DNA of 64,000 bases from an uncultured Coxiellaceae bacterium (GTDB taxonomy: Bacteria; Pseudomonadota; Gammaproteobacteria; UBA9339). The notes beneath the pieces were generated by a model. It was not told the DNA's origin and ran no database searches. It saw nothing but the letters and a program-made list of their open reading frames with translations. Below, piece by piece: positions 47,859 through 57,757 of the stretch. The position numbers were made by a program, and so were the translations under genes. Location of the stretch: contig CAZMGW010000002.1 of NCBI GenBank assembly GCA_964565935.1, positions 2,072 to 66,071 on the forward strand, read 5' to 3'. The stretch's first letter is position 1. The number at the start of each line of letters is the position of its first letter.

Positions 47859-50033
47859 ATGGAAAACCAAAATATCACCATTTGGTTGCAAAAGATCGCT
47901 GCAGAATTTCAGCCAGATGACTATAAGGTTCTGCAACAGGCTATTTCACTCGCGCAACTGGCTGGGGAGGGTGGCGCTACCTCGTCAGGACAGTCCTATT
48001 TTGCCCAAGGGTTGGCTATTGCAGAAATATTACATAATTTGCATCTTGATAGAGATACAATTGTTGCCGCTATTTTGTATAGCAGTGTTCAATATGGGGG
48101 GCTGGATCTTGAAGATGTAAGTGAGCATTTTGGGGATCGCGTTGCTAAATTGGTTCATGGTACCCAGCAAATGGTTGGGATCACCGATCTTTATCAGGGG
48201 GTCATTGGTAGTGTTCACTATAACCATACCGTAGATAATTTGCGTAAAATGATGCTTGCGATGGTGGATGATATTCGAGTGGTATTGATTAAATTAGCAG
48301 AGCAGCTTTGTATTTTGCGTAGCGCCACTCTTCTAAACGAGTCAGCACGCAAGCAACTGGCCGCTGAGACCATGGCGATTTATGCGCCGCTTACCAATCG
48401 CTTGGGTATCGCGCAAATCAAATGGGAGTTAGAAGATCTTGCCTTTGGATATTTAGAGCCGGAAAAATATGCTCAAATTGTTGAAGCATTAGAGCAGCAT
48501 TTTCCTGAGCGTAACCAGCACATAAAAGAGGTTGTTGCTGCGATACAAAATGTGTTAACTAAGGCTCAAATCAAGGATTTTCAGGCAACGGGTCGGGTGA
48601 AACATATTTACAGCATTTATCGCAAAATGAATCGTAAAAAAACAGGCCTTGAAGGAGTTTATGATGTTAGCGCCGTTCGCATCTTTGTGCCAACAATAGC
48701 CGATTGTTATGCGGCTTTAAGTCATGTTCATGAGGCCTGGCAATACCTACCAGACGAGTTTGATGATTATGTTGCTTCACCCAAAGTTAACGGTTACCGG
48801 TCAGTTCATACTGCCGTGTATGGGCCAACAAATCGTATCATCGAAATTCAGATTCGCACCTATGATATGCATCGTGAGGCAGAGCTTGGCATAGCCGCTC
48901 ACTGGGTATACAAAGAGGGAAAGCATCAGTCCGTTGGTTATGAAACAAAAATTGCTTGGTTGCGCCAAGTAATGGATTGGCAACAAGAAGTGGCTAAATC
49001 AGAAGAAGCGATTATGAGCATACGTCAAATGTTTAATGATCGCGTATACGTTTTTACACCCCAAGGAGATATTTTTGATTTGCCACAAGGAGCAACACCC
49101 GTTGATTTTGCTTATAATGTGCATAGTGATCTTGGCCATCGATGTTGTGGCGCTAAAATCAATGGCAACATCGTGTCGCTAACTTATAAGCTTAAAATGG
49201 GCGATCGCATTGAAATATTAAAATCTAAAGATGGTCACCCAAGTCGTGATTGGCTCACTCCAAGCCTGGGGTTTTTGCACACTTCGCGTGCGCGGGCAAA
49301 GGTTTTGCATTGGTTTAAAAAGCAAAGCCAGGAGGGAAGCGTTTCTCAAGGCGAGGAGTTGCTTAACAAAGAAATGCAGCGTTTAGGTTTGAAAAAAATT
49401 GATATTGAAGCGGCAGCTGACAGATTAAATTTAAAAACCAGTGCTGATTTATTGGCAGCACTGGGGAGCGGTAGTCTTAAATTTAGCAGCATTTTGAATA
49501 CATTGGCAATAGAGTTAGAGCAACCGATAGAAAAAACCACCATAGCGTCTATGCTGCAATCGCGAGCTAGCAAAGAACGGTCGGTTTCAGATATAAATAT
49601 TCATGGCATGACTAATTTATTAAAGCGGATTGCTAATTGTTGTAAACCTATTCCAGGGGAAAAAATTATGGGGTATATAACGCAAGGGCAGGGGATTTCT
49701 ATCCACCGTTCGGATTGCGTCAATGCGTTGCGTGCTAAAAATATTTATCCCGAACGTTTTATTGCAGTATTGTGGGGTAGTGAAACAAAAAAACATTACC
49801 CTGTCGGTATAATAATTAATGCCTTTGATCGTCATGGATTAGTGCGTGATATTACGGATATTTTGGTGGCTGAAGATATTGCGGTTGTTGGACTCAATTT
49901 TGAAGTTGATAAGAAAGACTGTACGGCTAAAATAAAAATGACTATCGAAATCTCTAGTCTTAAATCTTTAAGCTGGGTGCTAAATCAAATAAATCAATTG
50001 CCAAATATTATTGAAGTAAGGCGTATTGATTGA
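47859..50033 (+). CDS. relA: (p)ppGpp synthetase RelA (degenerate hydrolase domain)
   Basis: 724 aa. Synthetase motifs YRSVHTAVYGP and EIQIRTYDMH, plus TGS and ACT regions. The HD hydrolase signature is degenerate (AAILYSSVQYG where SpoT has LLHDVIED). Confidence 0.88.
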   Translation: MENQNITIWLQKIAAEFQPDDYKVLQQAISLAQLAGEGGATSSGQSYFAQGLAIAEILHNLHLDRDTIVAAILYSSVQYGGLDLEDVSEHFGDRVAKLVHGTQQMVGITDLYQGVIGSVHYNHTVDNLRKMMLAMVDDIRVVLIKLAEQLCILRSATLLNESARKQLAAETMAIYAPLTNRLGIAQIKWELEDLAFGYLEPEKYAQIVEALEQHFPERNQHIKEVVAAIQNVLTKAQIKDFQATGRVKHIYSIYRKMNRKKTGLEGVYDVSAVRIFVPTIADCYAALSHVHEAWQYLPDEFDDYVASPKVNGYRSVHTAVYGPTNRIIEIQIRTYDMHREAELGIAAHWVYKEGKHQSVGYETKIAWLRQVMDWQQEVAKSEEAIMSIRQMFNDRVYVFTPQGDIFDLPQGATPVDFAYNVHSDLGHRCCGAKINGNIVSLTYKLKMGDRIEILKSKDGHPSRDWLTPSLGFLHTSRARAKVLHWFKKQSQEGSVSQGEELLNKEMQRLGLKKIDIEAAADRLNLKTSADLLAALGSGSLKFSSILNTLAIELEQPIEKTTIASMLQSRASKERSVSDINIHGMTNLLKRIANCCKPIPGEKIMGYITQGQGISIHRSDCVNALRAKNIYPERFIAVLWGSETKKHYPVGIIINAFDRHGLVRDITDILVAEDIAVVGLNFEVDKKDCTAKIKMTIEISSLKSLSWVLNQINQLPNIIEVRRID

Positions 50034-50048
50034 TTTGAGTCTTCGCAA

Positions 50049-51320
50049 TTATCTTAAAAGTTTTTGGACAGATTGGCTGATGTTATCTGCCGCGATTTTA
50101 GCTTCTTCAATACTGCAGGTACCTACCGAAAGTCTAAACCATGGAAAATCTTCTTCCATCCCAAAAAAATAGAACGGTACCAATGCGACTTTTGCATCTT
50201 CTAACATATATGTGGTGATATCGTCTACGGTTTCGAGGGTTTTATTGTCTTGGGTTTTTGCGCCAATTAAGTCTAACTTTACGGATAAATAAAGAGCTCC
50301 CTGTGGCTTGATGGTATCTACTTTATATCCAGCATTTTTAAGTTTTTGGATCGCATTATAAAAAATATTTAACCTAGCAAGAATCTTGTTTTTAAAGTCA
50401 CCTAAAAAGTTAGCAACCTCATCATGCTTTTGCAGGTATCTGGCAGTGCCAATTTGTTCAGGTTTGGGAGCCCAAGCGCCTATATGAGCAAGCATGGAAC
50501 GCATTTGATCCATTATGACTTTCGGTCCAAACGCCCATCCCAATCTTACCCCGGTTGCGGCAAAGCACTTCGATATGCCATCAATAAACACTACATAGTT
50601 GCGAATTTCTGGGTTAAGCACAATTGGGTTGCTAAACTTGGTTTCATTATATGTGAGCAACCAATAAATGATATCGAAAAAAACGTATAGGGGTTTTTGG
50701 TTATGTTTGGCTCTTATCTTATTTTCAGCAACGATCAAATCGAAAATTTCTTTTAACACATGTGGGCTAAGCGCTGTTCCGCTGGGGTTAAGTGGGGAAT
50801 TGATGGTGATGAGTACAGCTTCTTTTAAATGGGGTTTTAATTCCTCGGGGGTTGGCATGAAATTGTTTTCTGGTTTAGTTGATATAACGATAGGCACAGC
50901 CCCTGCAAGATGAATAAAATATTGATTGTTCCAAGTTGGAACGGTATAAATTATCTTTTCTCCCGGGTCAACCAATGCTTTAAATAAAAGATAAATTAAT
51001 GGTCGAGCGCCGCTAGTGACTACAATCTCATCTGGGTCATAGTCAAATCCCCCAAATAATTCTAGATGCTTAGCAATAGCAAGGCGTAGTTGTTTCATGC
51101 CGCCAACAAACGGGTAGTTGGTATGTTTTTCTTGATATGCTTTTATTATTTCAGCTTCAAGTCCAGGGGGGATAGAAAATTGTTGGGGTGAGAAATCTCC
51201 GAGAGTGAAATTAAAAACCTTTTCCCCTTGTTGAATTTTTTCTTCGACTTTTTCGGAGAGTTTGCTTATAGAGCGGGATGTCAACCCTTCAGCAAGCTTT
51301 GATAGTTTAAGGTTTTTCAT
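50049..51320 (-). CDS. PLP-dependent aminotransferase, class I/II
   Basis: 423 aa. NSPLNPSG and the PLP-Lys motif GISKCFAATGVRLGW. Substrate not assignable by eye. Confidence 0.8.
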   Translation of the reverse strand: MKNLKLSKLAEGLTSRSISKLSEKVEEKIQQGEKVFNFTLGDFSPQQFSIPPGLEAEIIKAYQEKHTNYPFVGGMKQLRLAIAKHLELFGGFDYDPDEIVVTSGARPLIYLLFKALVDPGEKIIYTVPTWNNQYFIHLAGAVPIVISTKPENNFMPTPEELKPHLKEAVLITINSPLNPSGTALSPHVLKEIFDLIVAENKIRAKHNQKPLYVFFDIIYWLLTYNETKFSNPIVLNPEIRNYVVFIDGISKCFAATGVRLGWAFGPKVIMDQMRSMLAHIGAWAPKPEQIGTARYLQKHDEVANFLGDFKNKILARLNIFYNAIQKLKNAGYKVDTIKPQGALYLSVKLDLIGAKTQDNKTLETVDDITTYMLEDAKVALVPFYFFGMEEDFPWFRLSVGTCSIEEAKIAADNISQSVQKLLR

Positions 51321-51343
51321 GCACCGTGCCTTTTTTAGATTTT

Positions 51344-51826
51344 CTAATCGCGAAAGTTGTCAAATTGTAGCGGAATACCAAGCTGTTCTTCTCGCAAAAT
51401 AGAAATTACAGCTTGCAAGTCATCGCGTTTTTTAGCGGTAACACGCACATGATCTCCCATGACGCTCGATTGCGCTTTTAACTGCGAGTCTTTAATGATT
51501 TTATTAATTTTTTTCCCCATTTCATGATCGATCCCATGTTTGATTGTTATTTCTTGTTTTGCTTCGTGGAGGCTTTCGTGAATCTCTTCATGTTTCAAAC
51601 AATTTAAATCGATCCCGCGCTTAACTAGTTTTGGTTCGAGAATTTGTTGCATTTGTTGGAGTTGAAATTTGTTTGGAGCAATTAGTGTGACAACATTTTC
51701 TTTGAGTTCAAAATGCGCATTGGTGTCTTTAAAGTCAAAACGGTTTTTAACTTCGCGATTAGCTTGGTCGATCGCATTAGTTGCTTCATGTAGATCAATC
51801 TTAGAAACGATATCAAAGGTCGGCAT
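51344..51826 (-). CDS. yajQ: YajQ family nucleotide-binding protein
   Basis: 160 aa. MPTFDIVSKIDLHEATNAIDQANREVKNRFDFK is the canonical YajQ N-terminus. Confidence 0.92.
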   Translation of the reverse strand: MPTFDIVSKIDLHEATNAIDQANREVKNRFDFKDTNAHFELKENVVTLIAPNKFQLQQMQQILEPKLVKRGIDLNCLKHEEIHESLHEAKQEITIKHGIDHEMGKKINKIIKDSQLKAQSSVMGDHVRVTAKKRDDLQAVISILREEQLGIPLQFDNFRD

Positions 51827-51917
51827 ACTTTTTTACTCCATACGGTTAATATAGCAGGTATTATAGCGTGAAAGCTGTTCCGGTTAAAGCCCAATGCGCA
51901 TCCACAAATACATTAAC

Positions 51918-52061
51918 CGCGCAGCTATGTTGCACCACTCGATGATATTGTTTTAGGGACGCCGTGAATGCACCTCCATGTGGGCCCGCATTCGACACCC
52001 ATGTCTCATAGCGCCCTAAAACAACATCATCTCGGATGCACATGCTGCGCTGCTTCATCGT
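51918..52061. repeat. MITE-like long-hairpin repeat, copy C (between sufT and yajQ)
   Basis: This is the best-paired copy. The left arm gcgcagctatgttgcaccactcgatgatattgttttagggacgc pairs with the right arm gcgccctaaaacaacatcatctcggatgcacatgctgcgc. The central ~50 nt contain the GAATGC/GCATTC sub-stem. Confidence 0.85.
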
Positions 52062-52082
52062 CAAATTTAAAATTGTACTATA

Positions 52083-52622
52083 TTATAACATCCCCAGTTC
52101 TAACTTTGCCTGTTCCGACATCATTGAACGGTCCCAGGGGGGATCAAAAACTATTTCAACTTCAACTGTTTTTACTTCGGGCAAACTTAAAACCTTTTGT
52201 TTAGCATCCGCGGCAATAATTGGTCCCATGCCACAACCAGGGGCAGTGAGTGTCATATGGATGGTGACATTCGACTTATTATCGGTATCAGGCATAATAT
52301 TAATATCATAGACTAACCCAAGATCCACGATATTAACTGGGATTTCCGGGTCATAGCAGGTGCGTAATATGGCCCAAATCTTGTTTTCTAATTCGATATC
52401 TTCATTTTCTGCTAATGTAAAAATTAAATTTGCCTTGCCTAGCGCATCCGCATTTTTGTTGTCAATACGGTACATTGCACCAGGGGTGGTTACGGTATAG
52501 GTCCCACCAAAAGATTGGGCTATTGTAACTTCAGTGTCTTTAGGCAGAGTAACTGGGGTTCCAAATGGAACTAAAATTACATCAACGTCACGTCTTAATT
52601 TTACGGTTTCTTGTTGCGTCAT
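52083..52622 (-). CDS. sufT: Fe-S assembly protein SufT (long DUF59/MIP18 type)
   Basis: 179 aa. The C-terminal DUF59 core is YDPEIPVNIVDLGLVY...LTAPGCGMG. Last gene of the suf run. Confidence 0.75.
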   Translation of the reverse strand: MTQQETVKLRRDVDVILVPFGTPVTLPKDTEVTIAQSFGGTYTVTTPGAMYRIDNKNADALGKANLIFTLAENEDIELENKIWAILRTCYDPEIPVNIVDLGLVYDINIMPDTDNKSNVTIHMTLTAPGCGMGPIIAADAKQKVLSLPEVKTVEVEIVFDPPWDRSMMSEQAKLELGML

Positions 52623-52624
52623 GG

Positions 52625-53077
52625 TTATTCGGTGGAAATTATATTTTGATCTTTAGCCAAAGCTGCTTTTAGTGTATGCCAGGCGAGTGTTGCGCATTTA
52701 ATGCGCATTGGAAATTCAGATACACCAGCTAGCACCGCAAGCTTACCTAGTTTTTCAGGTTTTTCAGCTTTACCAGTAGTGACGAGTTTTTGAAATTCGT
52801 CGAACAGTTCTAATATTTCTGCAACAGTTTTACCCTTGACTGCGTCGGTCATCAATGAAGCAGACGCGGTTGAGATCGCACATCCTGATCCTTGAAAAGA
52901 TATGTTGGTTATGCGGCCATCTTTTTTCTCGACATAAAGTGCGAGTTTATCACCACAAAGAGGGTTGAAGCCTTCTTTGCTGCAGCTTGGGTGTTCAAGC
53001 GTGCAGAAATTATGCGGATGTTGGCTATGGTCAATAATGACTTGTTGATATAAGTCGCTTAAGTTTGGTGTATCCAT
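52625..53077 (-). CDS. sufU: SUF system SufU-type (NifU/IscU-like) sulfur-transfer/scaffold protein
   Basis: 150 aa. NPLCGD, GSGCAIS and RIKCATLAW cysteines. It has the SufU-type insertion and no LPPVK motif. Confidence 0.85.
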   Translation of the reverse strand: MDTPNLSDLYQQVIIDHSQHPHNFCTLEHPSCSKEGFNPLCGDKLALYVEKKDGRITNISFQGSGCAISTASASLMTDAVKGKTVAEILELFDEFQKLVTTGKAEKPEKLGKLAVLAGVSEFPMRIKCATLAWHTLKAALAKDQNIISTE

Positions 53078-53084
53078 TTAATTC

Positions 53085-54299
53085 TCAACGAGCAAAAATT
53101 TTCTTAACTTTATTAATAGCAGTAACAAATATATCAATTTCTTCTTCAGTATTATATAGCCCAAATGAAACTCGTGTTGTGGCTGGTACCCCATAAAAAT
53201 CCATTAGCGGCATGGTGCAGTGATGGCCGGCACGAACTGCAACGCCTTCAGTATCAAGAATTGTTGCAACATCGTGAGGGTGAATCTTATCTAAAACAAA
53301 AGAGACTACGCCGACTTTATCTAATGCATTACCAATTATTTTCAATCCATTGATTTCAAGCGATATTTTATTGAGATATTTTAGCAAGTCATGTTCATGT
53401 TTAGATATTTCATCCATTCCAATTGAATTTAAAAAATCTATTGCCACAGCCAAACCGACCGCGCCAGCGATATTTTGTGTTCCTGCCTCGAATTTTTGCG
53501 GCAAGTCAGCATACTCGGTTTTAGCAAAAGTCACTTTACTAATCATATCACCGCCGCCTTGATAGGGGGGCATAGAATCAAGGAGATTTTCTTTGCCGTA
53601 CAAAACCCCAATGCCAGTCGGCCCGTACATTTTATGGGCAGAAAAGGCATAAAAATCGCAATCCAAATTTTGGACATCAACTTGCATATGCGACACCGCT
53701 TGGGCGCCATCGATTAGAACAGGAATGTTGTGCGCATGGGCAATAGCGATAATTTTTTTAATTGGATTAATCGTGCCAAGGGTGTTCGAAACATGTGTAA
53801 TGGCAACGATTTTAGTACGTTTATTTAAAAGCTTTTCGTAGTGATCTAGATCCAGTTCACCATTTTCATGAATTTTCACAACCTGCAACTTCGCACCAGT
53901 TTGCTCGCAAATTAATTGCCACGGCACAATATTGGAGTGATGTTCCATGGTGCTAATAACGATTTCATCTCCTGCATGAAAATTTTTACGGCCATAACTT
54001 TGCGCCACCAAGTTTATTGCTTCAGTGGTACCGCGGACAAAGATAATTTCAGAAACTTTTTTGGCGTTAATAAAACTGCGAGTTTTTTCGCGAGCCTGAT
54101 CATAGCTTTCAGTGGCTCGTTGGGCTAGCGTGTGTACGCTGCGGTGTATATTTGCATTGTCATGAAAATAAAAACGATCCATAGCCTCAATAACGCAAAG
54201 GGGTTTTTGAGTGGTGGCAGCGTTATCAAAATAAATTAACGGTTTGCCATTTATTTGTTCTTGCAAAATCGGAAATTGTTTGCGCAATTCAGTGTTCAT
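53085..54299 (-). CDS. sufS: cysteine desulfurase, SufS (group II)
   Basis: 404 aa. SAHKMYGPTGIGVLYG (PLP Lys) and RAGHHCTMPL (active-site Cys loop). Confidence 0.92.
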   Translation of the reverse strand: MNTELRKQFPILQEQINGKPLIYFDNAATTQKPLCVIEAMDRFYFHDNANIHRSVHTLAQRATESYDQAREKTRSFINAKKVSEIIFVRGTTEAINLVAQSYGRKNFHAGDEIVISTMEHHSNIVPWQLICEQTGAKLQVVKIHENGELDLDHYEKLLNKRTKIVAITHVSNTLGTINPIKKIIAIAHAHNIPVLIDGAQAVSHMQVDVQNLDCDFYAFSAHKMYGPTGIGVLYGKENLLDSMPPYQGGGDMISKVTFAKTEYADLPQKFEAGTQNIAGAVGLAVAIDFLNSIGMDEISKHEHDLLKYLNKISLEINGLKIIGNALDKVGVVSFVLDKIHPHDVATILDTEGVAVRAGHHCTMPLMDFYGVPATTRVSFGLYNTEEEIDIFVTAINKVKKIFAR

Positions 54300-55236
54300 A
54301 AGCGATATCTAAATTAATTTTTGGTCTAAAAGGTTCAATAAACTGATCAATAATCTCTTGAGCAAAAGCATTGGTTAATAATTTAGTTGCTATATTTTCT
54401 GCTAATCCCCGTGAACGTAAGTAAAATATAGCCTCTTGGTCAAGTTGGCCAACTGTTGCGCCATGAGTACAAATAACATCATCAGTGTAAATTTCTAGTT
54501 CTGGCGCGGTATTCATGATTGCTGTTTCTGAAAGCAATAAGTTTTTATTGGTTACATGGGTTTCGGTTTTAATAGCACCGGGGTGAGCAACCACTAAACA
54601 GCGGAAATTGCCAATAGCTTCATCATTAATAAGCCCCTTGAACAAAACATTACTCGTACAATTTGGTGCAAGATGCTCGATGTGGGTTTGGTAGCTTAAA
54701 GTTTGAGTGTCGTGTAATGCAATAATCCCAATCGCGCTGTAACTAGCATTTTCTTCGACAAGTTCAACATGCAGAGTATCGCGAGCAATTTTCGCACCCT
54801 TACCAATAAAACCACTGATGACTTTACTGTTTTTCTCTAGTTTTATATTGGTTTGTGCATTGTGAGTGGCGAAGCTGTTCTCGGCTTGCAATTTATAATA
54901 AGTGATTTCACTGCTGTTTTTTGCAGTGATGTTGAACGTGGCATTGCTCGAATAGGGACTGGCTTTTAGGCTCACATGTTCTTCGATAAGAACAAAACTG
55001 CTATTTGGAGCGGCGACAATATTGATCTTCTGATTGCAGTTTTGCGAAGTTATAAATAACAAATGAATCGGCTTTTCTATTTTGGCATTCGCTGGAATAT
55101 TCAAAGTCTGTTGGTCAAAAACGAACCCATCACATTTATCAGATAACTCTGACTTGTGAACCCCGTCCAATATCACGCAAACGCAGCTATTGGGCACTTT
55201 AAGTTTGCTAATGTAATTTTTGTCTATGTTTGGCAT
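54289..55236 (-). CDS. sufD: Fe-S cluster assembly protein SufD (short form)
   Basis: 315 aa. C-terminal SufB/D signature PELEIYTDDVICTHGATVGQLDQEAIFYLRSRGL. Shorter than the typical ~430 aa SufD. Confidence 0.8.
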   Translation of the reverse strand: MPNIDKNYISKLKVPNSCVCVILDGVHKSELSDKCDGFVFDQQTLNIPANAKIEKPIHLLFITSQNCNQKINIVAAPNSSFVLIEEHVSLKASPYSSNATFNITAKNSSEITYYKLQAENSFATHNAQTNIKLEKNSKVISGFIGKGAKIARDTLHVELVEENASYSAIGIIALHDTQTLSYQTHIEHLAPNCTSNVLFKGLINDEAIGNFRCLVVAHPGAIKTETHVTNKNLLLSETAIMNTAPELEIYTDDVICTHGATVGQLDQEAIFYLRSRGLAENIATKLLTNAFAQEIIDQFIEPFRPKINLDIAYEH

Positions 55237-55304
55237 TGAGGTGATTATAACGAAGTTATACCAAATGTGGAAATTGTAAAGAACGGGGTAGAGGGGTAGT
55301 ATAC

Positions 55305-55784
55305 GTGCTTATGGACACTGAACTCTACGATCTTGCGAAAAAAATTGGTTCAATTCTGAAGGAAAAAAAGCAATTTATTGCCACTGCCGAATCTTGCACT
55401 GGCGGATTGCTTGCGAAAACATTGACCGATGTTCCTGGAAGTTCGGCATATTTTGACCGCGGTTTTATTACCTACAGCAATGCTGCAAAACAAGAAGATT
55501 TGGGAGTAAAACTCAAAACTCTAGAGGAGTTTGGCGCGGTTAGCGAAGAGACTGCCAAAGAGATGGCGGAAGGTGCGCTGAAAAATAACCATACTCAGAT
55601 TGGCGTCGCTATTACCGGCATAGCTGGTCCTGATGGTGGTACTAAAGATAAACCCGTGGGAAGCGTTTGTGTTGCTTGGGCGCATGCGGGATTACCGACA
55701 AAAACCGCTAAAGTACATTTTGATGGCGATCGTGCTTCTATACGAACACAAGCGGTTAAATGGGCGCTGGAAGGATTAATGTGA
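55305..55784 (+). CDS. pncC: CinA C-terminal domain protein / nicotinamide-nucleotide amidohydrolase PncC
   Basis: 159 aa. TAESCTGGLLA and ITGIAGPDGG motifs. The start is GTG 55305 or ATG 55311. Confidence 0.85.
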   Translation: MLMDTELYDLAKKIGSILKEKKQFIATAESCTGGLLAKTLTDVPGSSAYFDRGFITYSNAAKQEDLGVKLKTLEEFGAVSEETAKEMAEGALKNNHTQIGVAITGIAGPDGGTKDKPVGSVCVAWAHAGLPTKTAKVHFDGDRASIRTQAVKWALEGLM

Positions 55785-57058
55785 TCAAGAAAAAAACCGC
55801 CATAACGTTGATGCTAATTTTGCTCTCCATAAGTGCTTTCGGTCAGGCATGTCGACAAATAGCCGATCAGCAGCTTTGCGATGAAATAGGGCAGATGCTG
55901 ATAGTTGGTTTTGGGGGGGGGAAGCAAGACGATAATGGCAAGATTTTGTGGAATGATAAAGACAGTGCACGTTTTACTAAGAGCTCAATAATCGCAAAGC
56001 ATATCGCCAATAATCACATTGGTGGCGTTATTTTGTATCATATTCCGATACGTGACGTAAAAACCGGTACATTTATTCGTGATCGTAATATCCAAAATCC
56101 CGCACAAGTAACCAAGTTAAATCAAGACTTGCAAAACTATAATAATCAAATACGGAAATCTCGAGGCTTAGAGCCACTGCCTTTGTTTATAAGTGTTGAT
56201 CAAGAAGGAGGGCGCATCGATCGCCTGCCGACTGCTCAAGGGTTTTCGGTTGTGACTTTATTACCGCAGGCGTTTGGCTTGAAAGAGGAGCTGGCTGGTA
56301 AGAAAGAAACCGCATTAAAAGAAGCTTACACCTATGCCAAAAACTTAGCTCAAGAGCTTTCCGCTACGCACTTTAACCTAAATTTTGCTCCAGTAGTTGA
56401 TGTAAATATCAATCCAACCAATCCTATCATTGGAGGGTTAGGGCGGAGTTTTTCATCTAATCCAAAAATAGTAGTTGATCAAGCTGAACAATTTATCAGG
56501 GCCTTCGGTGAGCGTGGAATTATTCCAACATTAAAGCATTTTCCTGGACATGGCAGTTCATCGAGCGATACTCATGTTGGCTTGGTTGATGTGACAAGAA
56601 CTTATCAAAAAGAAAAAGAGTTGCACCCCTATAAGAAACTAATTGAAGGCGGTTATGACGGCATGGTAATGACGACTCATGTCATTAATGGTCAAATTGA
56701 CCAAACTCAATGTAAAGCCGGATCAAAAGATGATCCCACCACCTGGTGCCCCGGAACGATGTCGGAGAAAGCTTTAGCTGGGCTATTACGTGGTGAAATG
56801 GGTTTTAAGGGTATTATTGTTTCTGATGATATGACGATGGGCGCAATTGCGAACGAATATCCTTTAAGTGAATCACTAAAAAAGGCAATCAATGCAGGTG
56901 TTGATATATTTATAGTTGCCAATATACATGCAGATCAAACCGAAGAGGTAATCAACACCATCGCGCAATTGGTCAAAAACGGTGATGTCAAACGAGAAAA
57001 AATCGACGAAATTTACGCTAGAATACTTAACTTCAAGAAAAAACATCTGCTGCGTTAA
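55760..57058 (+). CDS. secreted glycoside hydrolase family 3 protein (beta-N-acetylhexosaminidase, NagZ-like)
   Basis: 432 aa. Signal peptide [20 protein letters not shown], then DQEGGR, KHFPGHG and [10 protein letters not shown]. An alternative GTG start lies at 55781. Contains the G9 tract. Confidence 0.85.
   Translation: MGAGRINVIKKKTAITLMLILLSISAFGQACRQIADQQLCDEIGQMLIVGFGGGKQDDNGKILWNDKDSARFTKSSIIAKHIANNHIGGVILYHIPIRDVKTGTFIRDRNIQNPAQVTKLNQDLQNYNNQIRKSRGLEPLPLFISVDQEGGRIDRLPTAQGFSVVTLLPQAFGLKEELAGKKETALKEAYTYAKNLAQELSATHFNLNFAPVVDVNINPTNPIIGGLGRSFSSNPKIVVDQAEQFIRAFGERGIIPTLKHFPGHGSSSSDTHVGLVDVTRTYQKEKELHPYKKLIEGGYDGMVMTTHVINGQIDQTQCKAGSKDDPTTWCPGTMSEKALAGLLRGEMGFKGIIVSDDMTMGAIANEYPLSESLKKAINAGVDIFIVANIHADQTEEVINTIAQLVKNGDVKREKIDEIYARILNFKKKHLLR
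55913..55921 (+). repeat. G9 homopolymer inside the GH3 coding sequence
   Basis: ggt ttt GGG GGG GGG aag encodes GFGGGK. This is the longest G/C homopolymer I saw in this AT-rich window. Confidence 0.9.
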
Positions 57059-57705
57059 ACTAGTTGTCCCAATTTCAATGCCTTTGCTATTTTAGCCACG
57101 TGCTTGCCCTGAAATTCAGCAATTTTTAATTCATTGGCACTTGGTTGTCTCGAGCCATCATGGTCGGCAATTGTCGTCGCGCCATACGGAGTGCCACCGG
57201 ATATTTCTTGCATATTTACAAGCTCAGGTGCCGAATAAGGCACACCGACAATTACCATTCCGTGGTGCAATAGCGTCAAATGAAAGCTAGTTAAAGTAGT
57301 TTCTTGACCGCCGTGTTGCGAGGCAGTGCTCGTGAAAACGCTCCCAACCTTACCGATTAAATTTCCTTTAAGCCAAATACCGCCAGTTTGATCCAAAAAA
57401 TTTCGCATTTGGGCGCACATGTTGCCAAAGCGTGTTGGTGTGCCAAATATAACCGCATCGGCATCAAGCAGATCCGAAACTGCTGCTATCGAAATATGCT
57501 CAAACTTCTTTTGTGCTTCTTTGGCACCGCTTTGTTCAAGGACTTTTTCTGGAACTAGTTCGGGTACTCTAAAAGTCGAAACTTGCACATCTGGAATCGT
57601 ACTTGCTCCCTTGGCTATGGCTTCAGCGAGCTTAAAAACGTGCCCATACATGCTGTAAAAAATAATTTTAATATTCGTTATATTTTTTTTGTTTTCCATG
57701 AGCAT
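57055..57705 (-). CDS. wrbA: NAD(P)H:quinone oxidoreductase WrbA (flavodoxin-like)
   Basis: 216 aa. [26 protein letters not shown] motifs. Confidence 0.85.
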   Translation of the reverse strand: MLMENKKNITNIKIIFYSMYGHVFKLAEAIAKGASTIPDVQVSTFRVPELVPEKVLEQSGAKEAQKKFEHISIAAVSDLLDADAVIFGTPTRFGNMCAQMRNFLDQTGGIWLKGNLIGKVGSVFTSTASQHGGQETTLTSFHLTLLHHGMVIVGVPYSAPELVNMQEISGGTPYGATTIADHDGSRQPSANELKIAEFQGKHVAKIAKALKLGQLV

Positions 57706-57714
57706 GCTCCTATT

Positions 57715-57752
57715 TTAAAAAACATAACCTTCCCCACGGGAACGTGGGGGAG
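57715..57752 (-). terminator. possible terminator hairpin after nifJ
   Basis: CCCCACGggaaCGTGGGG (57732..57749). The U-run on the minus strand is displaced by ~8 nt, so this is weak. Confidence 0.35.
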
Positions 57753-57757
57753 GGACA

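Noticed and set aside
51861-52311. ORFs 51861..52064 (-), 51968..52204 (+) and 52036..52311 (+) spanning the repeat copy C region
   Set aside because: They are generated by the palindromic repeat and the antisense of sufT. The same repeat at the other two loci does not maintain an open frame.
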